From contig JBHOSQ010000002.1 of the NCBI GenBank assembly GCA_042584585.1, positions 1 through 64,000 of the forward strand: DNA of 64,000 nucleotides. Reading direction: 5' to 3'. The notes under the pieces were generated by a model. It worked only from the letters and a program-made list of their open reading frames with translations, searched no databases and was not told the origin of the DNA. Both the position numbers and the translations under genes were made by a program. The DNA comes from an archaeon (GTDB taxonomy: Archaea > B1Sed10-29 > WALL01). Shown here in pieces: positions 50,801 through 57,562 of the stretch; the stretch's first letter is position 1, and every line of letters starts with the position of its first letter.

Positions 50801-53800
50801 TACAGTGTCAAGGTCCGGGACGACGCCGGCAACGAAGGCGCGGACTCCGCGGACACGTGTGCGTACACCGACGCGAGCGTGCCGACGATGGACTCCATCA
50901 CGGCAGAGGGCACGCCGCTTAACTCTGGAATCGGGCGAGTGGAAGTCAACTGGAGTGGCAACCCAGCCGGAACTGACTACGAAGTGCAGCGCGACAAGTT
51001 CTTGACGAGGTACAGCGGAACAAACACGGCTTATACTGACACTGGACTGGACAACACATGGTACTGCTACCGCGTGCGGGCCCAGCCGTCGGGAGGCTCG
51101 TGGAGCGGCTGGAGCAACGAATTGTGCACGGTTACTTTGGACAGGACTGGGCCGTCGCCGCCGAACTTGACTGCGACGCCGGACAACGTGAACAACCGCG
51201 TTGACTTGGACTGGACGTGGGCGAACGACGAAATCGCGCCGGACATTGACAGCGGAATGGTCGGGCACTGGAGGTTCGAGGAGGGCAGCGGCATAGCGAC
51301 ATATGACTCATCAGGAAGCAACATCGATGGGACTATAGTCGGCACCCCACAATGGGTTACAGGCCTAGCAGGCAACGCAGTCCAGCTGGACAACAGCTAC
51401 ATCAATCTCGGGGACGCTCCAACACTAGACATAGCTACTGAACTCACTTTATCCATGTGGGTGAAGCCAGATGCGTTTGTTGTGGACAAGTTCCTGTTCG
51501 GCGGCTCATGGAGTTACCACGGCTATTCCCTGCGCTTCGATGATGCCGATAACTCGCAGCTGGAATGGTATGTTGGTGACGGAAGCGCGTATCATTTCTT
51601 CACCTACCCCCACGGCATGGTAACAGGAAAGTGGTACAATATCGTATGCACTTATGACGGAACCGAAGGCAAGGTGTTCGTGAACGGGAACCTGATTGGC
51701 TCAAGAATCGAGCCGTTCATACCGGACGGCGCGTACATACAGGACCACGTGATTGGCACGGACGGAAGCAAGGCAAAACACTTCACTGGAACCATGGACG
51801 ACGTTCGCGTGTACAACCGCGCGCTCACCGACGAAGAGGTGAAGTGGCTGACTCTCGTCGGCCAATGGCACTTCGATGAAGGCACTGGCACGGACGCGTT
51901 CGACGCGACTGGGTTCGGAAACGACGGATCGTTTGTTGGTGACCCCGCGTGGACTGATGGCGTGCACAACACGGCGCTTGAGTTCGACGGAAGCAACTAC
52001 GTCAGCGCTGGAAGCAGCGAAGCCTTGAACCCGAGACAGCAGGGGTGGACCGCAGAAATGATGGTCAAGTCAACCCAGAAGAGCGGGGGCAACGGCGGCT
52101 ACATACGTGTCATGGGAAGGTACGAAGCAGGAGACTACTGGCTGCTCAGGACCCACACGAGCAGTGGTGACTACCCTGTGTTCCAGATAACTGATGGGAG
52201 TAACTCTGCCGGTGTCGCGGGCACTACAACCGTCACCGACGGCGTGTGGCACCACCTAGCGTTTGTGTATGACTACGACGACTCAAGGACATACATCTAC
52301 ATAGACGGAGTTGAAGACGCGGCCAACGATTGGACTGGAACCTCAATGGGGGACATCAACCCAAGCACTGCCCTCCAAATTGGTCAATCACAAGCAGCCA
52401 ATGAAGGATACAGCGGCAAAATCGACGAAGTCCGCGTGTGGAGAAGGGCATTGACCGCGGCAGAGATACAGGCACGGGCGAAGTACGGGCTGTATCGGGC
52501 TGCGGCGCTTGACGGGGCATACGAGCCAGTTGACGGGCTGTGGGATGACTTCGATGGCGCGGCTGTGGACACGGCTACGTGGACCGAACTAACTACCAAC
52601 GACGCATCCATAACAGTGTCCAACAGCGAAGTAACACTCGACGACAATACGGGGATAGCCCACCTAACCACACAAGAAAACTTTGGGGTGTATGGAACAC
52701 TTGAGTTCGACCTCAAGGCAAACACTCCCGAGCCGGGGTCCACTTGGTACAGAATAGCCAAAGTCCCAAACACGTTCTATGTCGACGCCGGCAACATTTT
52801 CTCTATATGGATGACCGGTGGAGTTCAGCTTGGCATAGTAAACGACTACGAATTCCATAACTGGAAGTTCACTTTGGACGGGACGCACATACGGGTTGTC
52901 TACGACGGCAACGTGATATACACGGCGGACCAGGCCAGCAGCCTGGGGACCATCCGCTTGGGCAACGACTTCAGTACCGAACACGGGAACATGGTGTTCA
53001 AAAACGTTAAGTTCACGCCGCTGATTAGCACGAACACATACCAAGACACTGGCGCGAGCGACACGGCAGGGCCGAACACTCCTGCAGCGCCGACTGTATT
53101 GCCCATCAACAGCACCGCAATGCAGGCCTCGTGGAGTGGAGTGGGAGACGTCGGCACCGGGTGGTGGCACTACGTCAAGGCGTTTGACTCGGAAGGCAAC
53201 GAAGACAATTATCACGACAGCAGCGAGCTCATTGGCTACTGGCCGTTCAGTGAAGGCAGCACGGGAAGCGCGGACGGAGTGACGACGTATGACTCCGTTG
53301 GCACCAACGAGGGCACGGTAAGCGGTGCGGCGTGGGCAACAGGCGCTTACGGCACAGCACTTGATTTCACTGGCGGAAACACAGACAAAGTAGCACTGGC
53401 CACTCCCCTCACCCAAACAGTGTGGAGCACGACCTTCTGGGCGCGGCAAGACGCCGGGGCAGACATCAAGGGAATGATAATGGGCGACACCAGCAACACA
53501 ATCAGCTTCATATGGTTCTGGGAAGGCAGCTACTTCAGGTTCAGGTCCAACAGTGGCACTCTCGACTGGCCAGAGCTGACCGACTTCACGACGATGGCCC
53601 ATTATGCACTCGTGAGCGACGGCGTTAGTGTAACGCTGTACAAGAACGGCGTGCAAGTCGGCAGCCCCCAGACGCCGGCATCAACAGAATTCACGGTAAA
53701 TGCGATTGGACAGGGGTACAACAACATTGACTATTCGTTTGACGGCGTGATTGACGAAGTGATGGTATACGACCGCGTGCTCACCGACGATGAAGTGGTA

Positions 53801-56800
53801 AGCAACTACAAGCGTGGCGCGGCCAAGTTCTCGACAGTTGTTACTGGCCTGCAGGACTATTACGTCAACGAGACCACTGGCAACGGCACCGGCGGGGCGG
53901 CGGCAGTGGCGGCGTACAACGACACCAGCCTGACGCCGAACGGATACGCGTGCTACGAAGTGCGGGCAAGGGACAACGCCAACAACTGGGGATTGTTCTC
54001 GAGCCCGACGTGCAACTACACGCTCGCGGTGACACCCGGGGCAAGCGTCACGTGCAGCCGAAACCCAGACCACTGCAACGTCACGATTTCACCGAACGGC
54101 AACGCGGCGGGCACAGAATACAACGTCAACAACACCCAGGGCGGAACCGACAGCGGGTGGATAACCGCGTCGTACTACGACGACACCAGCGTAAGCGGCC
54201 AACAAATGTGCTACAAGGTCAGGGCCCGCAACGCCAACGGAATCGAGACCAACGAGTCCACCGAAGTGTGCGACAACATGCCCAACACCGCGCCGACCAC
54301 GCCAGTGCTTGTGTCACCGACCAACGGCGCGATTGTCTCGACGCTGACGCCGACGCTTGATTGGCAGGACAGCAGTGACAACGAAAACGACAGCATTAAC
54401 TACGAAGTGTTGCTGTGGGGCGACACGCCACCAAGCTTCACGATAACCAACTTCAACAACGGCGCGAAGACCAACACCACGACCGACGCGGACAGGTACG
54501 GCCAGGGCAGTGGGCTGGAGCTGGACATGCCTTACGCGGCCAAGGACGCGAACCTCGTGTCGTACTGGAGGATGGAAGGCGACGCGGTGGACGAGGCCGG
54601 GCCAAACCACGGCACAATCACTGAAGCCACGCCAGACGCCGGAAAGTTCGGCAGTGGCCTGCACTTCGACGGGTCAAACGACAAGGTGACCATACAGAAT
54701 GACCCCTCGCTGAACCCGGCGCAGATAACAGTCGCGAGCTGGTTCAACCCGGACGTTGGAGGCATAGGAGAGCAAAAAACATTGCTGATGAAGGCCTTCA
54801 CGTCACACACCACGCCGCACTACCAGTACACGCTTACAATCATAGACAAGGTGGACTACGAAAAGAAGCTTGCGTTTTACGCGGCGGTTGGAGGGGTGCT
54901 TTACGACACGGGAGCGGGGTCACTCAACTACGACTACGGCGAATGGCACCTCGCAACCGGCACGTACGACGGCGGAACCATGCGCCTGTACCTGGATGAC
55001 CAAGAAGTGGCATTCAGCGATGCGCCCAGTGGACCACTGAACTCGTTCGACACAGAACTAGCGTTCGCAGACTACCCCAACCTCGGCGACACCTCGAGTT
55101 ACCAATACGGTGGGGTGCTTGACGAGATGAAGATTTACGACCGCCCGTTGACAGGGCCGGAAGTGACAGAGCTGTTCAACAACGGAAACCAGTACAAGGC
55201 ATACGGCTACTGGGAAAGCGAGACCATTGTCCCGCAGGGCGTGCCCAACAAGCTGAGCATAACCCACTCCGGGTTGAGCACGAGCTCTTACATAGACAAG
55301 GTCGAGTGGCTGGTAAGCGGGCAGGTCAAGGCAACGTACGGCACCGACGTGACAAGTGGGTCGCTCACAGAGATAACCACGCCGACAAGCGGGAGCTTCG
55401 ACGACGTAGACAGCGACTACAAGATACGGATTTACCTTGCCGGCGACGGGACCGCCACGCCAACGCTCACGCAGCTAACCGGCGAATACACCAGCCTGCA
55501 CAAGACCGGGCTGGGAAGCAGCCAATACATAATCCAGGCAAGTGAACAGTTGGTGGGCGGGAACTACAGCTGGAAAGTCAAGGCACACGACAGCTGGGCG
55601 TCGTCTGGCTGGAGCAGCACGTGGACGTTCCAGGTCCAGACCAACGACCCCGTGCTCAGCAGCGTGCAAGTCACGCCGGCGCACCCAACAGTAGTGGACG
55701 GCCTCGGGTGCTCGTGGGTGATTACAGACGTTGACTTCAACGACACTTTGACCGCGGACGTCACCTGGAAAAAGAACGGCGCGCCAATCGCCACGTGGGA
55801 CATCACGGGCATGGCCTGCCAGAACGGGCAGGTGTGCACCGCCACCAGCGCACCCACGTCCAGCGACATCGCGGCAGGCGAAGTGTGGACGTGTGTGGTG
55901 ACGGCAAAGGACGCGGCACAGCTCACAGACGAAAAGAACGACACGGCAACAATACTCAAGGCCCTTACGGTGTGGTACACGGACGGGACATACGACACGT
56001 TCGCGTACACCCCCGAGGCATGGGACGTGTTCAGCGCAAACATGGAGAGCACTTTCCAGGGCTCGTGCGGCGGGTTCGCGCCGAACTGGTGGAACACCAA
56101 CTGGCCGCTCAGGATACCCGTGGACGTCACAGAAAACACTGATGGCATGAGCCAATACCAAGTCAAGGTCGAGCTGGACGCTGGGTTCAACTACGGCGCC
56201 ACCGAGACAGGTGGGAGCGACATACGGTTCGCCGACGACGCCAAGGTGCCACTGCCGTACTGGATAGAGACGTGGAACCCGGGCGGGACGAGCGTGATTT
56301 GGGTCAAAGCCGACTTGGCTAGCGGGCCCAACCCATTGTGGATGTACTACGGCAACGCTGGAGAGCCGAGTGAGAGTGACGGGACCGCGGTGTTCATTTC
56401 GTTCGACGACGGCGAGGCCGGAAACTTGGTGCTCAACCCCGCGGGAGCGGGAAGCATCGAGCGCGTTGGCGGAAGGATCTACGGGGAATCAGTGGCGGCC
56501 GCGGACGGCTGGCTAATCGGGACAATCCTGTCCGGCGAGCCGTTCATCGCCAAGGCGAAGCTTGAGAGCGGCGCGACTGGCAACGGCGGCATCGAGGCAC
56601 TGGCCTTAAGCAACTGGGCGGCAGTGCCTGTTCCGATGATTAACACTGCGTTCAACCCCAACGCACGGTTCGGCATCAAGCGCTACCTGGACGACCACAC
56701 CTTGTACGTGCACTACATGGACAACGCGGGCAGCGGGTGGTACTACGACGCGGTGAACAACGTGTGGGCCGACAGCCCGACTAACTGGAAGGTTGCTGGG

Positions 56801-57199
56801 CCGGGCGAGTACACGCTGATGGTCTGGGACGACGGAATCAACTACAACGCGGACATTATCGAGGAAGGCGCCGGAAGCGTGTTCACTGTCCCGCCGTCGA
56901 TACCGAAGTCACAGGTCAAGGACTTCCAGGACGGGATTGCCATCGTGGCGGGCGAGCCGTACACCAGCCACTATTACGGCCAGCAGTACGTCGACGACTG
57001 GAGGATTCGGAAGCACGTGGACACAGACCCGAGCGTTGTCCCGGGCGGCGAAGAAAGCGGCGGAAGTGGCCCGGGGCCGGGCAGCAAGTACGTGTTCTAC
57101 TCGATGAAGGACATTGACGAGACCAAGATAGTCGACGAGGTTTGGTTCGCGACAAAGGACAAGTGGCAGGTCAACGCCATAACGGTCGAGAGGGCATGA
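44894..57199 (+). CDS. Giant secreted adhesin B (4101 aa): FN3/Ig-like, 7 LamG, C-terminal DUF2341-like domain
   Basis: Signal peptide; seven (L/M)(V/I)(G/S)xWx(F/L/M)...(I/L/M)D(D/E) LamG units; WWNTNWPLRIPV...SDIRF...LPYWIETW...IWVK...WMYYGN DUF2341 pattern; no C-terminal TM. Confidence 0.88.
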   Translation: MKYAALFALLLMVSTAFGLLIVDWSPPDGTITLYDTWNQDVSYGRGCNSPICDNYPPGVDGQVTVNFTNVTDAYEGQAVAVAGLENCWITDCELLDKTGCPACPYVSCEAYSPDNAFFNYGDPVDGSSVDWTTIEGTGDQYDTHLAHELWTEGPGTDWSPSWPTLLPQPNEGVRTIKAICADKAGNIAIQMQDDIYGDFVDPYATISYSGGYQSSTSISITQTASDQGRSPPPDPITHDTQRDRAVMADGVLGAWEGWSTIDTSGTNFNWDGPDCYGVKLRYRSHDVADRYSDWEDPSITVYIDTNTPGAVGSLTSTSHPLGTTAYANQTATFTWSDPQPCSGTQYYATAVTQSSSHSWTGTEPTSAGTSNVTTGLAEGTWYFHIRSRNNAGTWGTADSFMINVDLGAPTPNPATVASVVVDSDTQVTVTATTATDAFAPIYYRANETTGNSGGTNFTWQTGTSFVDGGLAISTQYCYIVQYKDKWDNEGAWTTTPVCDYSNAAVPGAPTVTLLPESSPLNSGLTMANIVIDENGNPATVLYNIKDVATGLHVQADGTLGASAAWMSYVNWGGSSGIDVTLEDDFVYSFAVKANGGGGDFSAYGPAITVTALDRTGPSPVDLTATADIANNRVNLTWPWASDEIAPDIDSGLVGHWELEDNTLDSSGNGHDGTNPLGISWVDGIQGQAGHFVNGRTATDITTNYLPLTVSFWVKEDANTWESSAAIGKRDGSSGWMFYRNPTWGDGNLGLLTYYVNTDPITTSYINYVYGLNDGNWHHIAFTIENGVTTTYKDGVLNERYVMPNFDYWLNNSQGISLGSEKAGSASWNFDGYLDDMRVYDRLLTEDEIKALTLVGQWHFDEGTGTDAFDASGFGNDGTITGATWADGVHGSALDFDGAGDYIDAGTGNGFKMEDGAFTFEAMVKSDGGIEASPVIMQRMYNGDCGGSSNSDAMRLGTTHTAGSGNPEYPLFWVRDKNGNSATATSTVDINDGKWHHVAGVRTSSTIYIYVDGVETGTASASSIGEICPTNPFVIGRHSSSAQRFNGKIDEARVWRRALTASELQSRAWYMPFRSAMLEANYDAIKGAADDFSDGDYTSNPVWTPGIGGSTWGVENGQVFTQSTTASESSLTLTENIAAGEPFVMTVDKVTDWAETGIHGGGHYIRQYTAGNYQVSGVTIPHAYAQHWRLEFDGTTYRFYLNDELIREWAGSSNGIFDLYDDRNAASGKVYYDNVKVYSLQGNSYEDTDASDTEAPDTPGAPTLTAYSTSILGVAWTGVSDTGNDWFHFVKAFDTTGNEDNYHPSNGLVSYWPLGDGSTGSADGAVTLNRESTDHGTVYGATWVDGEYGSALDFDGADDYVTIANTHAFANDDFSYTLWFKADTPQDNWQGIMLQNNYHTGAPNTFFVAAIRGTNDPPNQDKVQVYDRYNGINVADYSDGLYTDGEWHHLAVTYDRDGMRRFYIDGAFQKETDISPHIAIAFQTAPLQLGRDLTGAQGGTTGGVYAYDGSLDEILMYSRVLTPEEVAGIYHRGLIQQSTVTTGINDYYVNGTSLDQWYTTSPQNATSLGTNTRHCYNITARDNALNVGNVGGTQCNYTLAVKPSILAGSMVCDGNTSSGYKCDVPFSMGDNPLYTEYYITATSTDGGTGFTDSGWITVRETYVDTGLDPHKTYCYKINARNGDGTLTGQYTQVCKTVANNVPTLGSATGNTDPIKGTAQQTLTIGGVDDLDQELLYIHCCTDEANTCTPTNINDVCSSNDAHPYSSLSCSYATGGVTTRTEYVRCVTNDTHDVSTPVTSDSYLVDSVAPTTTDNHSAGSCNAVDQVVSLSAGDDVGGVGVDSTLYCVDTANTCNPVTSYSAPVTVTCSAGTACTKYLRYNSSDVVDNQETVNSAAVQIDKSNPDDGVIANIVSLGTDSLRVTATAGTDDGCGNSSLQYYFTCQSGACNDGTWQSGLVYDDSGLSPATEYCYSVKVRDDAGNEGADSADTCAYTDASVPTMDSITAEGTPLNSGIGRVEVNWSGNPAGTDYEVQRDKFLTRYSGTNTAYTDTGLDNTWYCYRVRAQPSGGSWSGWSNELCTVTLDRTGPSPPNLTATPDNVNNRVDLDWTWANDEIAPDIDSGMVGHWRFEEGSGIATYDSSGSNIDGTIVGTPQWVTGLAGNAVQLDNSYINLGDAPTLDIATELTLSMWVKPDAFVVDKFLFGGSWSYHGYSLRFDDADNSQLEWYVGDGSAYHFFTYPHGMVTGKWYNIVCTYDGTEGKVFVNGNLIGSRIEPFIPDGAYIQDHVIGTDGSKAKHFTGTMDDVRVYNRALTDEEVKWLTLVGQWHFDEGTGTDAFDATGFGNDGSFVGDPAWTDGVHNTALEFDGSNYVSAGSSEALNPRQQGWTAEMMVKSTQKSGGNGGYIRVMGRYEAGDYWLLRTHTSSGDYPVFQITDGSNSAGVAGTTTVTDGVWHHLAFVYDYDDSRTYIYIDGVEDAANDWTGTSMGDINPSTALQIGQSQAANEGYSGKIDEVRVWRRALTAAEIQARAKYGLYRAAALDGAYEPVDGLWDDFDGAAVDTATWTELTTNDASITVSNSEVTLDDNTGIAHLTTQENFGVYGTLEFDLKANTPEPGSTWYRIAKVPNTFYVDAGNIFSIWMTGGVQLGIVNDYEFHNWKFTLDGTHIRVVYDGNVIYTADQASSLGTIRLGNDFSTEHGNMVFKNVKFTPLISTNTYQDTGASDTAGPNTPAAPTVLPINSTAMQASWSGVGDVGTGWWHYVKAFDSEGNEDNYHDSSELIGYWPFSEGSTGSADGVTTYDSVGTNEGTVSGAAWATGAYGTALDFTGGNTDKVALATPLTQTVWSTTFWARQDAGADIKGMIMGDTSNTISFIWFWEGSYFRFRSNSGTLDWPELTDFTTMAHYALVSDGVSVTLYKNGVQVGSPQTPASTEFTVNAIGQGYNNIDYSFDGVIDEVMVYDRVLTDDEVVSNYKRGAAKFSTVVTGLQDYYVNETTGNGTGGAAAVAAYNDTSLTPNGYACYEVRARDNANNWGLFSSPTCNYTLAVTPGASVTCSRNPDHCNVTISPNGNAAGTEYNVNNTQGGTDSGWITASYYDDTSVSGQQMCYKVRARNANGIETNESTEVCDNMPNTAPTTPVLVSPTNGAIVSTLTPTLDWQDSSDNENDSINYEVLLWGDTPPSFTITNFNNGAKTNTTTDADRYGQGSGLELDMPYAAKDANLVSYWRMEGDAVDEAGPNHGTITEATPDAGKFGSGLHFDGSNDKVTIQNDPSLNPAQITVASWFNPDVGGIGEQKTLLMKAFTSHTTPHYQYTLTIIDKVDYEKKLAFYAAVGGVLYDTGAGSLNYDYGEWHLATGTYDGGTMRLYLDDQEVAFSDAPSGPLNSFDTELAFADYPNLGDTSSYQYGGVLDEMKIYDRPLTGPEVTELFNNGNQYKAYGYWESETIVPQGVPNKLSITHSGLSTSSYIDKVEWLVSGQVKATYGTDVTSGSLTEITTPTSGSFDDVDSDYKIRIYLAGDGTATPTLTQLTGEYTSLHKTGLGSSQYIIQASEQLVGGNYSWKVKAHDSWASSGWSSTWTFQVQTNDPVLSSVQVTPAHPTVVDGLGCSWVITDVDFNDTLTADVTWKKNGAPIATWDITGMACQNGQVCTATSAPTSSDIAAGEVWTCVVTAKDAAQLTDEKNDTATILKALTVWYTDGTYDTFAYTPEAWDVFSANMESTFQGSCGGFAPNWWNTNWPLRIPVDVTENTDGMSQYQVKVELDAGFNYGATETGGSDIRFADDAKVPLPYWIETWNPGGTSVIWVKADLASGPNPLWMYYGNAGEPSESDGTAVFISFDDGEAGNLVLNPAGAGSIERVGGRIYGESVAAADGWLIGTILSGEPFIAKAKLESGATGNGGIEALALSNWAAVPVPMINTAFNPNARFGIKRYLDDHTLYVHYMDNAGSGWYYDAVNNVWADSPTNWKVAGPGEYTLMVWDDGINYNADIIEEGAGSVFTVPPSIPKSQVKDFQDGIAIVAGEPYTSHYYGQQYVDDWRIRKHVDTDPSVVPGGEESGGSGPGPGSKYVFYSMKDIDETKIVDEVWFATKDKWQVNAITVERA
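47462..51924 (+). repeat. 59-nt near-identical direct repeat (47462-47520 and 51866-51924)
   Basis: TGGCACTTCGATGAAGGCACTGGCACGGACGCGTTCGACGCGA(G/C)TGGGTTCGGAAACGA; 58/59 identical. Confidence 0.9.
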
Positions 57200-57501
57200 A
57201 AGTCGAGTGGGCGACCACGCCGTGGCAGAAGTTCCTGGGGCTCATGTTCCGGAAAGAAGTAAAGAAGCCACTAGTGCTTGTGCTGGGAAAAGAGTCACGA
57301 ATGGGCGCGAGCATCCACATGATGTTCATGCGGTTCCCGATTGACGCCGTTTTTCTTGACACGGAAAGGAAGGTGGTTGACACAGCCACCCTGCGGCCGT
57401 GGGCGCTTAACTACACCCCCAAGAAGCCCGCGAAGTACGTGGTCGAGATGAAGGCCGGGACTGCAAACCACAAGTTGGGAGCCACGGTGAAACTGGAGTA
57501 A
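57196..57501 (+). CDS. DUF192 family protein
   Basis: ATTPWQKFLGLMFR, IHMMFMRFPIDAVFLD, AKYVVEMKAG; ATGA overlap with adhesin B stop. Confidence 0.88.
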   Translation: MKVEWATTPWQKFLGLMFRKEVKKPLVLVLGKESRMGASIHMMFMRFPIDAVFLDTERKVVDTATLRPWALNYTPKKPAKYVVEMKAGTANHKLGATVKLE

Positions 57502-57515
57502 GTATTTTATTCTTC
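57497..57515 (+). promoter_or_regulatory. Putative BRE/TATA promoter of the ferredoxin-ATPase module
   Basis: AGTAAGTATTTTATTCTTC; 18/19 identical to 61898-61916. Confidence 0.55.
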
Positions 57516-57562
57516 AAGCGCATAACCCAATGCGAGAGGAGTCTTAATGGGGGAGAGGGAGA

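Noticed and set aside
34822-57199. CRISPR array or diversity-generating retroelement explaining the repeats
   Set aside because: Repeats are in-frame protein modules without regular spacers; no reverse transcriptase and no adenine-specific TR/VR pair seen
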